DNA of 64,000 nucleotides from an uncultured Dehalococcoidia bacterium (GCA_964343265.1 CAYFIW010000001.1:6709-70708); one strand, 5' to 3'. Positions 20,145 to 30,098 are shown, numbered from the stretch's first letter. Program-made: numbers and translations. The notes: generated from the letters alone by a model not told the origin.

Positions 20145-20182
20145 AAAAAGAGGGGCTGCACATATCAGGCTCCTCTTTTTTT
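20145..20182. terminator. Bidirectional rho-independent terminator between convergent genes
   Basis: Sequence AAAAAGAGGGGC-TGCACATATCAG-GCTCCTCTTTTTTT. It forms an 8-bp stem (one G.U pair) flanked by an A-run and a T-run. Confidence 0.75.
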
Positions 20183-20209
20183 AGTTCATCACCACAATGC
20201 CCCCAGAGA

Positions 20210-22513
20210 TCAGTCACCTTTGTCAGTATTTCCAACTTGAGGTAAGAATGACTCGAAGCTACTGACCTTTCCTTTCTCCAATTCTTTTGCATTTTCTAAT
20301 GCCCCGGATATGACGTTAATTAGACCAGTTTCTGCTTGCCTATCCAGATCTCTTACCCTTTTTTCTATTTCCCCTAATTGAGAGGTCAGCTTTTCCTGCT
20401 CAGTATATAGATCATCCAAACTATTCCACTTATTTTCCAACTCAGCATCTAACTCTTTAGCCAGGGTTTCCAAAGGAGCCATTTTTTCAGCGAAGAGTTC
20501 ATCTTTTTTGCCTTCAAGTTCATCGCGCTGCGATTCCATTTCTTTCTGAAAGGCCTCCTCCAGATTATCTCTTCTTCCATCCAATTCCCTGTATCGATCT
20601 TCGAGACCCGAAAACATTGCCTCAATTTCTTCTTCTATTTTCTCTCTAATATCTTCATTCTGGTCTTCCAGATTGTTGCGGATATCCCTGTTCTCATCTT
20701 CAAACTCATCCCACATGTCCTGAGTGAGGTCTTCGACTTCACGTCTGCGTTGTTTTTCCCATGCCATCAGTTCATCCCGGATTTCTTCTCTTAAATCCTC
20801 ACCTCTCCGTTCCATCTCCTCTCGTCTCTCATCAAGGTCATCCCATTTCGATTCAAGTTCCATACGTTCTTTGTTAAAAGACATCTCCTCTCTTCTTAAC
20901 GGACGTTGTTCTAATTGGAGTGCCCTCTGTGCATCTTGTAAAGGGTCAATCAAGTTTTCGATTTCACGAATCTGTTTCCTTATACCTTTAGCGTCTTCCT
21001 CTTTGGATTTATGGAATGAATCACTTTCATCCCATAACTTTTTAATTTCTGCCTCTAGAAGGTCAATCTGTTTTTCAATATCTGCGACCCCATCAGGTTG
21101 CGAGGACGACGACCCATACATGTCTTCATCTATCTTCGCCAACAGCGAATTTAAGTCATCTTCAGCATTTTTTTGCATATCTTTGAATTTTGCTTCTTCG
21201 GAAGCAATATCAACCGATCCGACATTAGAAATTGAAGCTTCAAGAATTTTTTTCCTGTCATCATGACTTTTCTTAAGATCCACAAGTATCGATGAGTATT
21301 CAGAGCGTTTATCGGAAATTGTCATCACTTCAGAATCATCATCTCCTTTGCCCGCGGCTTTCAAGTCAGTAATCTTGCTATCTGCCTCTTCTATAAGTTT
21401 CTTGTAATTATCGACATCTAATTGATACTGATCATTAAGTGATTCTAAGTCCACTGAAGCATCTGCTGAAGCAGCCGCAGCATCGGCTTTGTTGTATGCA
21501 TCAGATCTCTGATTCTCGATGGCCCTCAATTGCTCTTCATACTGACCCCACGCTGCTTCTATTTTTTGATCATATTCTTGAAAATCTCTATCCTTCTTCT
21601 GATCAAAAGCATCCCACGCATCATTTACAGTCTCTCTTAAAGCATCAATTTGCTTATGTTTATCATCTATTAAGGTATCAAAATCTTTCGGTTCATCTCT
21701 CTCCCAAACATCTCTTTCTTGCTCCCAAAGTTCCTCACGCTGGTCTTCTAATGGATACCTCTGATCTTCTATATCCATTTGTTTTTCTTCTATGTTCATC
21801 AATTTCTCACGAAGATCATTGCTACGCCTGTCTATGTCTTTCCGCTGATCTTCTAACAGGTTAAATTCGTCCTTCAAAGCTTTCGCTTCAGCCTTGAAAT
21901 CATCGGGCCCATCTTCCGCTTCCTCCATCCGTTCTTGAATCTCATCATCAAGGGATCTCCATATAGCTTGAATTTCCTTATCTTTACTCTTCCGAGATTC
22001 TTCAAATTCAGCCTCAAATTTCCTCCAGAGATCTTTCTGCTTGTCCTCCACTTGAGTTTCAAACAGATCCTCAGCTTTATCCTCTATCTCCTTTCGCTCT
22101 TTTTCCAGGTTGTCATACTCAGCTTCTATTTCGTCTTCAAATTTGTCTCGTCCTTCCCCTTCTTTCATAAAAAGGACATCGAATTTATCTCGCATCTCAT
22201 CTTCAAATTCATCCCCAAGTTCCCTGCCTTGATCGTAAAGATCCTCTCTTTGCGATTCGAGAGCTTCGATCTCCTTTTCTAAAGGCTCTATTGATTCTTG
22301 AAGCAACGCAATTTGGTCAATCAAGGGATCCAGTTCAGTGGTTTGTATCTCTAAAATTTGCTTTTTTATATCTAAAGCCGCCTGTGCTTCCTCCTCGTCC
22401 ACTATTCCGCACCCTAAAAGGGCTATTGCAACCAAAGAAACAAGGGATACCATCATCTTTATGTTCATAACGTTAGCTACCCATCCATTTCTTTTACTGA
22501 TATTGTGACTCAA
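20210..22513 (-). CDS. Very large, highly charged (E/D/K/R-rich) predicted coiled-coil lipoprotein, unknown function
   Basis: Signal plus lipobox (VSLVAIALLGC-G). The remaining ~730 residues are almost entirely charged, heptad-like sequence. The true start may be the ATG at 22468 (MNIKMMVSL...). Confidence 0.7.
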   Translation of the reverse strand: MSHNISKRNGWVANVMNIKMMVSLVSLVAIALLGCGIVDEEEAQAALDIKKQILEIQTTELDPLIDQIALLQESIEPLEKEIEALESQREDLYDQGRELGDEFEDEMRDKFDVLFMKEGEGRDKFEDEIEAEYDNLEKERKEIEDKAEDLFETQVEDKQKDLWRKFEAEFEESRKSKDKEIQAIWRSLDDEIQERMEEAEDGPDDFKAEAKALKDEFNLLEDQRKDIDRRSNDLREKLMNIEEKQMDIEDQRYPLEDQREELWEQERDVWERDEPKDFDTLIDDKHKQIDALRETVNDAWDAFDQKKDRDFQEYDQKIEAAWGQYEEQLRAIENQRSDAYNKADAAAASADASVDLESLNDQYQLDVDNYKKLIEEADSKITDLKAAGKGDDDSEVMTISDKRSEYSSILVDLKKSHDDRKKILEASISNVGSVDIASEEAKFKDMQKNAEDDLNSLLAKIDEDMYGSSSSQPDGVADIEKQIDLLEAEIKKLWDESDSFHKSKEEDAKGIRKQIREIENLIDPLQDAQRALQLEQRPLRREEMSFNKERMELESKWDDLDERREEMERRGEDLREEIRDELMAWEKQRRREVEDLTQDMWDEFEDENRDIRNNLEDQNEDIREKIEEEIEAMFSGLEDRYRELDGRRDNLEEAFQKEMESQRDELEGKKDELFAEKMAPLETLAKELDAELENKWNSLDDLYTEQEKLTSQLGEIEKRVRDLDRQAETGLINVISGALENAKELEKGKVSSFESFLPQVGNTDKGD

Positions 22514-22635
22514 GGCAAAATAATATTTTCAGATACAACTCAATTATCTCACAATAAAATTCCCTTATGACAATAATTAGCGTTAAGTCACATTTGATAA
22601 CGGCGTTAATAGATCTAGCTAATTAGGAGAAGAAA

Positions 22636-23664
22636 ATGGCATTTGGCGGAAATGACTGGTTATCCCAAACTAAGGAAAAACCTATAAATCCTAATCTCCC
22701 TATATGTGATCCACACCATCATCTATGGGACTATCGTCAAGTACGAATTCCTTATCAACGATATCTTTTAGACGAACTTTTGGAAGATACAAATTCGGGA
22801 CATAACATCAGGTCAACTGTGTTTATAGAAGCTGAATCCATGCTAAAAGCTTCTGGGCCAGAGGAAATGAAACCTGTAGGAGAAGTCGAATTTGTTCAGG
22901 GCATATCCGCTATGTCAGCCAGTGGACTTTACGGAGACTCAAGAATTGCAGCCTCAATAATAGGATCGGCCGACTTGAACCTAGGAGAGGGCGTCAAACC
23001 TGTCTTAAACAGATTAAAAGAGGCAAGCCCAAACAGGTTCAGAGGAATAAGGCATAGGTTAACTTGGGATTCAAATTCAGAATTCGCTTCATCCTCGTCA
23101 AAGGGTGGACCTGGCCAGATGAAAAATGAGCGATTTAGATTAGGAGCTCAAATTTTAGCGGATATGGATTTGAGCCTCGAAGGCTGGATGTATCACCACC
23201 AACTTAAAGATCTTGCAGACTTTGCGAAATCTGTCCCCAATTTAACTATTATCCTGAACCATATCGGTGGCTTGTTAAGAACCGGGCCTTATCTTGGTAA
23301 AGATGATCAGACCATATCAATTTGGAAAGAAGGTATAGCTGCTGTGTCTGAATGTCCAAATGTCGTGATTAAACTGGGAGGAATGGGAATGCCTATGATG
23401 GGGTTCGATTGGCATCTCAGGGACATACCGGTAGGATCGGAAGAACTCGCTCACGACATGGAACCATTTATCTCTTACTGTATTGATAAATTTGGCCCAA
23501 CCCGGTGCATGTTCGAAAGTAATTTTCCAGTAGACAAAGTGTCATTTTCTTATCATGTGATGTACAACGCTTTTAAGAAAATATCGTCTGATTTCGACGA
23601 ATCGACGATAAATGCGCTTTTTCATGACACTGCGGTGAAAACTTACAAAGTGACAGTAGACTGA
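22636..23664 (+). CDS. Metal-dependent amidohydrolase-2 (TIM-barrel hydrolase/lactonase/decarboxylase) family protein
   Basis: N-terminal ICDPHHHLWDY metal-binding motif, then NHIGG and a late Asp (FESNFPVD). These are typical of the COG3618-type amidohydrolases. Confidence 0.75.
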   Translation: MAFGGNDWLSQTKEKPINPNLPICDPHHHLWDYRQVRIPYQRYLLDELLEDTNSGHNIRSTVFIEAESMLKASGPEEMKPVGEVEFVQGISAMSASGLYGDSRIAASIIGSADLNLGEGVKPVLNRLKEASPNRFRGIRHRLTWDSNSEFASSSSKGGPGQMKNERFRLGAQILADMDLSLEGWMYHHQLKDLADFAKSVPNLTIILNHIGGLLRTGPYLGKDDQTISIWKEGIAAVSECPNVVIKLGGMGMPMMGFDWHLRDIPVGSEELAHDMEPFISYCIDKFGPTRCMFESNFPVDKVSFSYHVMYNAFKKISSDFDESTINALFHDTAVKTYKVTVD

Positions 23665-23749
23665 CAAAGAACCTCAAAGAGTTAATCTCATGATAATTTT
23701 CAACGTCATAAAAAGCGAAGGCTGTTATTAGCCAGCTTAAATTGGATAA

Positions 23750-23791
23750 ACACATGGCAAACAAAACTTACATAAGCTACTTGCCATGTGT
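23750..23791. terminator. Perfect 11-bp inverted repeat (hairpin) in a convergent intergenic region
   Basis: ACACATGGCAA - 20 nt - TTGCCATGTGT. There is no clear U-tract, so the terminator role is inferred from position only. Confidence 0.4.
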
Positions 23792-23801
23792 TAAATGAGA
23801 G

Positions 23802-23828
23802 AGTCTCCTAGAGTAATCTAAGGAGACT
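23802..23828. terminator. Hairpin just downstream of the RRM-protein gene
   Basis: AGTCTCCTAGA-GTAA-TCTAAGGAGACT forms 11 bp with one bulged A and a GTAA tetraloop. It lies 12 nt beyond the stop of the minus-strand gene. Confidence 0.45.
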
Positions 23829-23839
23829 AGGAGACGGAT

Positions 23840-24091
23840 TTATCTGGGTTCTCGGGGCCTAGCCTCGTTAACCCTAATGTCACGTCCCATGAAGTCATTG
23901 CTATCTAAAGCGCTAATTGCTTCTTTGGCCTGATCATCATCAGTCATCTCGACAAAGCCGAAACCTTTCGACCTGCCTGTATCTCTATCGGTAATCACTC
24001 GTACTGCAGTAACCTCACCGTACCGTGCGAAAAGGTCCCTGAGATCGTCCTCAGAAGTACTGTACGAAATATTCCCAACATATATATTCAC
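23840..24091 (-). CDS. RRM-type RNA-binding protein
   Basis: RNP-2 motif IYVGNI and RNP-1 motif KGFGFVEM. It is 83 aa with a GTG start. Confidence 0.9.
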   Translation of the reverse strand: MNIYVGNISYSTSEDDLRDLFARYGEVTAVRVITDRDTGRSKGFGFVEMTDDDQAKEAISALDSNDFMGRDIRVNEARPREPR

Positions 24092-24252
24092 GCGATTCTT
24101 CCACTCCGAAACTAAACGGTCACCCTATAGGAGCAACCTGCTGATTTAAAGACGCGAATTCTACCACATTTGGCAAATCGCCTTATAAAAGATACCTCAA
24201 TATAGTTCGTTTAGCCATACCTCCCCAAATATATAAAGCTAAATTCCTCCCC

Positions 24253-25161
24253 TTGGGGTACTATAAAACGACTAATTTTCAGGTGCAGCAGAGACAAATG
24301 TACGATCCAAATGACTTATTCGACATAACTTCCTCCGATACCACTTATCTAGAAATAGGTTCAGGTTCTGATAAAAGATCTTTCCGTGCGACGATCTATC
24401 GTCCTAACATTAAATCTAAAGAGAGAGCTTTCCCTGCTTTCATAGATGTTCATGGCGGTGCCTGGCAAGGAGGCTCGCGCAGCGACGGAGAATATATAGA
24501 CAGATCGTTGGCAGCAAGTGGTATGGTCGTTGCCGCGGTAGACTTTAGAGTAGCTCCCCAAGATCCATACCCAAGACAAGTACAGGATGTTAATTATGCG
24601 GTTAGGTGGTGGAAAACAGAATGCTTTAATTACGCAGGAGATCCCTCAATTTTTGGAGGAATGGGAATATCGAGTGGGGGCCATACCCTAATGCTAAATT
24701 CATTAAAACCTCACGACCCTGCCTACACCAAACATACGTCGGAGAAATTATCTGGAACTGATTCAACACTCAACTATGTTATAGGCGTGTCAGCTGTTTT
24801 AGACTCATATGAACGCTACATTTACGCCAAGGGAGCAGCTATTGAGAATTTGATCCGAGGCACTGAAACATATTTTATTACCGAAGAAAATATGCAATTA
24901 GCAAACCCTCAAACCGTGTTGGACTCCAAATCCCATCAGCATCTGCCTTCATGCCTACTAATTCATGGCACTGTGGATGGAAACGTACCAAATGAAATAC
25001 CAAATAGGTTCTCTAAAACCTATGCTGATTTAGGAGGTGACATAGACCTAAGACTATTTGAAAATATGCCGCACAGCTTTGTTAGAACTCCGCAACCAGA
25101 ATCTCACGCCGCAATTCAAATGATGAAAGAGTTTATTGCAACTCAGGTTAACTCCAGATAA
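24253..25161 (+). CDS. Alpha/beta hydrolase (esterase/lipase, hydrolase fold-3 type)
   Basis: Oxyanion-hole-like motif VHGGAW, nucleophile elbow GISSGG, and late HGTVD / H residues. The track start is TTG. The ATG 45 nt downstream (MYDPND) is an alternative. Confidence 0.7.
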   Translation: MGYYKTTNFQVQQRQMYDPNDLFDITSSDTTYLEIGSGSDKRSFRATIYRPNIKSKERAFPAFIDVHGGAWQGGSRSDGEYIDRSLAASGMVVAAVDFRVAPQDPYPRQVQDVNYAVRWWKTECFNYAGDPSIFGGMGISSGGHTLMLNSLKPHDPAYTKHTSEKLSGTDSTLNYVIGVSAVLDSYERYIYAKGAAIENLIRGTETYFITEENMQLANPQTVLDSKSHQHLPSCLLIHGTVDGNVPNEIPNRFSKTYADLGGDIDLRLFENMPHSFVRTPQPESHAAIQMMKEFIATQVNSR

Positions 25162-25190
25162 CGCCAGACTTTCAACGATGAAAGCTTATT

Positions 25191-26402
25191 TCATATCACC
25201 TTATATCCATGTGACATCACTGACATTACCTTATTCTCATCCCAGGGATGTGCCCTCGCAATATCTTCATTAATTTCAGTTCCCCAACCAGGAGCTGACG
25301 GTACCGTCATATAGCCGTCAACTATTTCAGGAACGCTAGTTGTTAATTCATCTTTCCAAGGAACATCATCAATATCTATTTCCATGATTCTTACATTGGG
25401 CAAGGATGCACACAAAGATGCACTCACAAAACTGGACAGGTGACTATAGTAATTGTGTGGAGCTACGTTATGTTGAAATACTTCAGCTAAATCACCAATC
25501 TTCTTAGATTGACTAAACCCATTCCAAGGAACGTCTATCATAAATATGTCAGCAACATGTTCCTCAAAATAAGGCAGATACTGATCCATGTAGAAAAGAT
25601 TTTCACCTGTGCAAATTTTGGTGGATGTAGAGTCTTTAATTTGACGTAAACTTGATGGATCATACATGTCAATTTCAAGCCACAACATATCGAATTGTTC
25701 TAAAACTTTAGCAATCCTCAAACATCCTTCGGTTTTAAAGTGAAAATTCAGATCCAGATTGATGTCTATGTCATCCCCCACGGCATCTCTAAACGTCCCA
25801 ATTAGAGTTTCTATATGCGGAATAAGCCACTTGGGTGCTATTTGATCAGTCGTACCAGCTCCACCAAATGAACCGCCGCCGAATGTAGCTCCTTCACCCG
25901 GAAGTAAAACATTAGTCTTCAAAGCAGTGAAGCCCCTCTCTTTTACTTCCTTCCCCAGAGCAGTTACATCCGCCCATGAATTAATGGGTGGAGTCCCCAA
26001 AATGTCCGAATGGCGGATCCTGCTGGACCCACAATGAGACCAATAAACCCTAACCTTATCTCTTGTCGGACCTCCGAATAGTTCAGCAACTGATATACCA
26101 AGAGCTTTTGCTTTGATATCAATAAAAGCACAATCCAGTCCAGCTAGTGCTTTAGCCGCAACTCCCCATCTACTCTGACGTGTATTGATTAACATTTCTG
26201 TAAACCGCATTTCGAATGCCCTCGGATCCTTGCCTATTAGCACGGGCTTTAGATCTCTTATAACTCCATCTATCCCATTAGGTAATTTTCCGTCACTACA
26301 TTCTCCCCACCCATAAATTCCTTCATCCGTTTCAACCTTCACAAACATCCAAGGTCTCCAACCGGCATCTACGATAAATGTTTTTATGTCAGTTATCTTC
26401 AA
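25191..26402 (-). CDS. Enolase-superfamily enzyme (mandelate racemase/muconate lactonizing family; mannonate/galactonate dehydratase-like)
   Basis: N-terminus MKITDIKTFIV...FVKVETDEGIYGWGE is typical of the acid-sugar dehydratase subgroup. Metal-ligand-like acidic residues occur in DINLDLN, WLEID and ENL contexts. Confidence 0.8.
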   Translation of the reverse strand: MKITDIKTFIVDAGWRPWMFVKVETDEGIYGWGECSDGKLPNGIDGVIRDLKPVLIGKDPRAFEMRFTEMLINTRQSRWGVAAKALAGLDCAFIDIKAKALGISVAELFGGPTRDKVRVYWSHCGSSRIRHSDILGTPPINSWADVTALGKEVKERGFTALKTNVLLPGEGATFGGGSFGGAGTTDQIAPKWLIPHIETLIGTFRDAVGDDIDINLDLNFHFKTEGCLRIAKVLEQFDMLWLEIDMYDPSSLRQIKDSTSTKICTGENLFYMDQYLPYFEEHVADIFMIDVPWNGFSQSKKIGDLAEVFQHNVAPHNYYSHLSSFVSASLCASLPNVRIMEIDIDDVPWKDELTTSVPEIVDGYMTVPSAPGWGTEINEDIARAHPWDENKVMSVMSHGYKVI

Positions 26403-26445
26403 TTTGTCCCCCTATCGAAATACACCAAAAAAATAATGACGCATT

Positions 26446-27483
26446 TTAAAGCCACTCGGACCATAACCCATGTGCATCGCTGTATCCCATTAAAATTTGG
26501 TATGTTTTTCCGGACTTTGCTACGGTGAGTCGAATCTCGGCTGGTATGCTTAAACCACCAACGGAAATTCTATATATATCCCTTTGCTTACTACCAGCAA
26601 GAATAATTCGATCTAACTCAGCACGATCATCTATCGAAAATTGATTCATTACATGGGTATCAAATAAGAAAACATTAGACTGGGGCGGAATATCATTTAA
26701 CAACATAGGAAGTAATGAGATGGCATTACCTTTCTTGAGTTCGTATAAATTACTATTTAGTGCATAATCCACCGCACTCAGTAAAACTTTTTCTTCCTCA
26801 ATACGTTCTGGCCACACAAGAGAACGCAACCACAACAGGTCTTTTGGGTCTGATAAATTTATTGGATTTAAATCTATCCCAGTTCTGCTAGCCACTTGAT
26901 ATGTATGGGATCTTCCAGCCAGTGGACTTTCTCCTTTAAAGGTGCTTTTAATATGTACCGGAGACAAAGGATTACCATGGGTCTCATCAGAGTAATCGTA
27001 GTAATAATGATCCCAAAGTAAATTTAAACCTGCGCTAGCCCCAATTTCCACAACATGAAAATTCACAATATTGAATCTTTCGCACATTTTTGAAAAAGCG
27101 GGCATTAGGTACGAACATCTAGCAGGAACATTGGTTTGAACAAGTTTTTCGCTCATGGTTTGTCTGATCAAACCCACATTGTCTAGGCAAAAAGAGTGCA
27201 ATTGTCTATAGGCATACTCATAATCAACAGGCTGACCATTTTGAATTTTTTTATATATATCTCCGAGCGAATGTGTTAATCCACTAAGCAGATGAAATCT
27301 TATGGCACCAAAAAAAAGATTCGGCACAGGTTGGCCCTTCTCTACTACAGAACAAATCGATTTAAGCTCTCCATCTGCAGCAACACGCTCTGAAAAATAC
27401 TGGTACATCGGTGCAAACAAGATTTCGCACTCATCGGCAAAATCTACAAATTTATCACGTAATAAATCTGTGTTTGATGGCAT
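26446..27483 (-). CDS. DUF2332-family protein
   Basis: The N-terminal pattern (F..FA..C......MY...S..VA.D.EL) and the ~345-aa length recall DUF2332. This is recognition from memory only. Confidence 0.5.
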   Translation of the reverse strand: MPSNTDLLRDKFVDFADECEILFAPMYQYFSERVAADGELKSICSVVEKGQPVPNLFFGAIRFHLLSGLTHSLGDIYKKIQNGQPVDYEYAYRQLHSFCLDNVGLIRQTMSEKLVQTNVPARCSYLMPAFSKMCERFNIVNFHVVEIGASAGLNLLWDHYYYDYSDETHGNPLSPVHIKSTFKGESPLAGRSHTYQVASRTGIDLNPINLSDPKDLLWLRSLVWPERIEEEKVLLSAVDYALNSNLYELKKGNAISLLPMLLNDIPPQSNVFLFDTHVMNQFSIDDRAELDRIILAGSKQRDIYRISVGGLSIPAEIRLTVAKSGKTYQILMGYSDAHGLWSEWL

Positions 27484-27488
27484 ATATT

Positions 27489-28481
27489 CTAAGAAAAGAT
27501 CTCTTTTCGCGCCGTAGCTATTTTTCCCAAAACCTCTTCCTCTAGAGGGCCTTTCTCTACGGCATTAACCGCATGTTCTAAATGATTTAAATTAGACAGC
27601 CCTATTAAAGCGGTGTGTACTTTCTCATTAGTTACTGCAAACCGAATAGCTGCTTCGGACAAGCTCTCGACATATCCTTCATCAACCAGAAAAGAGTAGT
27701 TAAGAGATTGGGATACATCATCTTTCATTGACTTCCCGGTCGATATAGGAGCCACCTCCTGCGCGGAAATAGGATGTCGTTCAGATGAACCGGTAAGTGC
27801 GCCTCCAGCGAGTATACGAATTGCTACAGTTCCAATTCCGGTCAAGTTACACTTATCAATCACCGAATCATAGTCTTGGTAGGGAAATTGCGGGCTTACA
27901 GGCTCTCCAGCCGAAGGATTCAGTAGATTGTAGCAAGTATGTATGCCAGCTGGGCTGAACTGTTTGATAGTGTCTGTTACAGAAGCCGTAGATCCTAACC
28001 CATTAAAACCCCAGTATCTAATTTTGCCTTCAAAAACAGCCTTCTCAAAAGCGATCACAACATCTTCCATGTCTGATTGATTAAGATCCTCGCTATTCTC
28101 TAATGAGTCATCTGTAATCCGATTGTGGGTATAAACAATATCCACGGATTCGGCACCAAGCCTCTTAAGACTATTGTTTATTTGTTCTGACACCTCATTT
28201 TGTATAGAACCCGAGTGTTCTTTGTTTAACTTAACTTTGGTTCCTATAATTACATTAGGACTACCTAATTCACGTAAAAGCGCGCCCAAATGAATTTCAG
28301 AAAGACCGTCACCATAAGCTCGAGCCGTGTCGAAATAATTCATCCCCGCATCTAGAGCAAATTCAACAGTTTTTAACATTTCTTTATGTTCTCCACGAAC
28401 CATCAACCCGCCAACAGCACCACACCCAAATCCCAAAACAGAAATATCAAGGTCAGTTTTTCCAAATTTCCTATATTCCAA
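27489..28481 (-). CDS. Aldo/keto reductase
   Basis: Segment MEYRKFGKTDLDISVLGFGCGAVGG ... NYFDTARAYGDG, with the catalytic Tyr context AYG. Confidence 0.85.
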   Translation of the reverse strand: MEYRKFGKTDLDISVLGFGCGAVGGLMVRGEHKEMLKTVEFALDAGMNYFDTARAYGDGLSEIHLGALLRELGSPNVIIGTKVKLNKEHSGSIQNEVSEQINNSLKRLGAESVDIVYTHNRITDDSLENSEDLNQSDMEDVVIAFEKAVFEGKIRYWGFNGLGSTASVTDTIKQFSPAGIHTCYNLLNPSAGEPVSPQFPYQDYDSVIDKCNLTGIGTVAIRILAGGALTGSSERHPISAQEVAPISTGKSMKDDVSQSLNYSFLVDEGYVESLSEAAIRFAVTNEKVHTALIGLSNLNHLEHAVNAVEKGPLEEEVLGKIATARKEIFS

Positions 28482-28692
28482 TTTCTACTCTCCATACGGT
28501 ACATCTAACAAGCCTAAAAATGATTTATCCCAGTATAAAATTCTTATAAAACATTCTTGTAACAATTTCTATGCTGACAGAAGATAAGAATATATCTTCT
28601 CAGCGAAAAGTTTCTCAACAGTGAAACCAAAAGTAAACCTGCCCAATTAATAGAAGTAAGTTAATCACACTAACTAGTTGGAAGGTATCAAT

Positions 28693-30093
28693 ATGAAAGA
28701 ATCCGACTTACTTGAAAACAAAAGATATAACGGATTAGATGCTTTGCGCGCAATGGCAATGTTTTTAGGAATTTTGCTTCACGGCTCGCTGACTTATTTT
28801 TCACAACTTTTCAGTATGGAATTATTCTGGCCAGCAGACAATGATCAATCTCTCAATTTGGCATTATTGTTCGATTTTATACACACTTGGAGAATGCCTA
28901 CTTTTTTTCTCCTGGCAGGATTCTTTGCTCATCTAGTAATTGAGCGCAAACATTTTTTTTATTTTTTCCGTGACAGATTAAAAAGAATACTTCTTCCGCT
29001 CCTGATTTTTGGTCCGATTATGGCACTTGTGTTACCGGCCATCTGGCTATATGGCTGGAAAGGGTATTTTTCGTTCGGATTAGTTCAAGAGGTTGTTCAA
29101 AACACAAATGACTTAGGTTCTAGCGGAGAACTTATAGGACACCTATGGTTTCTCTATTACCTATTAATTATGTACTTTAATCTAGGTATTATTTGTTTTT
29201 TCGGTAAATCAAAATATTCACTTATCCTGTTGCTCTTTACATGGATAGGATTCTTATTATTGTTGGCTTACGTATATGGCTTCGGGCCATTCACCGGAAT
29301 TAGCACCCTGTCTGCAATGGGACTGGTTATTCTTGGCTTTCTTATAGCAAGTTTCATAACTATTACCATCACCTTAACCAATCTTTTAAAATTTCTATTC
29401 CTATCCAGAATAGGTGTCATATTTACAAAAACAATCTATTCAAGAATTCCTATCTTGTTTGTAATGGCAGCTTGTTTGTTGCTTATATTTAGAGGAGATA
29501 ACGAATCAAAACCTATTTGGCCAATAAACGTGCCCGACTTTTTATATTCATTCCTTTTCTTTCTTTATGGGTACGGACTCTGGTCAAATAGAGATTTAAT
29601 TAATCGCCTAAAAGGGTCCTCTCATTTAGTACTTTCATGCCTGAGTGCCTTCTTTTTTTACGTTTCTCACTTAGTTTGTGTGAGCGTTATCGATTCACTC
29701 AACTCAAGAAACGATCTCAACACAATTCCAATTTTTGAATTTCTAGATTTGTTTTGTTACGGATCTTCAGCAGTACTAATTACACTTTCATTAATTGGCG
29801 TCTTTGAAGCCTCGATGAATAGCTCAAAGAAATGGGTGCGATGGCTTTCCGATTCCTCATACTGGATCTATATTATCCACCTGCCACTAGTATCGCTGAC
29901 AACCTTTTATTTAGGTCACATGGATAGAAATCAGTGGTTGAAGAAATTGACCGGAATTGAATGGAATGCAGAATCAAAATTCTTGATATCTTGCATCTTC
30001 ACCATGGTGGTGTGTCTGGTGACTTACAGATATCTGGTTAGATACACGCCAATCGGGCTATTACTAAACGGAAGAAAATCTAGAAGTCCATAA
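28693..30093 (+). CDS. Membrane acyltransferase family 3 protein
   Basis: Motif LDALRAMAMFLGILLHG, with about 10 TM segments. The ATG at 28693 has GGAAGG 7 nt upstream. The track TTG at 28678 overlaps that SD. Confidence 0.75.
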   Translation: MKESDLLENKRYNGLDALRAMAMFLGILLHGSLTYFSQLFSMELFWPADNDQSLNLALLFDFIHTWRMPTFFLLAGFFAHLVIERKHFFYFFRDRLKRILLPLLIFGPIMALVLPAIWLYGWKGYFSFGLVQEVVQNTNDLGSSGELIGHLWFLYYLLIMYFNLGIICFFGKSKYSLILLLFTWIGFLLLLAYVYGFGPFTGISTLSAMGLVILGFLIASFITITITLTNLLKFLFLSRIGVIFTKTIYSRIPILFVMAACLLLIFRGDNESKPIWPINVPDFLYSFLFFLYGYGLWSNRDLINRLKGSSHLVLSCLSAFFFYVSHLVCVSVIDSLNSRNDLNTIPIFEFLDLFCYGSSAVLITLSLIGVFEASMNSSKKWVRWLSDSSYWIYIIHLPLVSLTTFYLGHMDRNQWLKKLTGIEWNAESKFLISCIFTMVVCLVTYRYLVRYTPIGLLLNGRKSRSP

Positions 30094-30098
30094 CACGG

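Noticed and set aside
20724-22282. Plus-strand ORFs inside the coiled-coil gene (20724-21266, 21439-21864, 21935-22282) and minus-strand ORF 21874-22062
   Set aside because: They are Ser/Leu/Phe-rich antisense or out-of-frame products of GA-rich repetitive coding sequence. None has a start context, and all are fully nested in the 767-aa ORF.
25169-25184. Short hairpin CTTTCA-ACGA-TGAAAG between the convergent esterase and enolase-family genes
   Set aside because: It has only 6 AT-rich base pairs and no clear U-tract, which is too weak to call a terminator.
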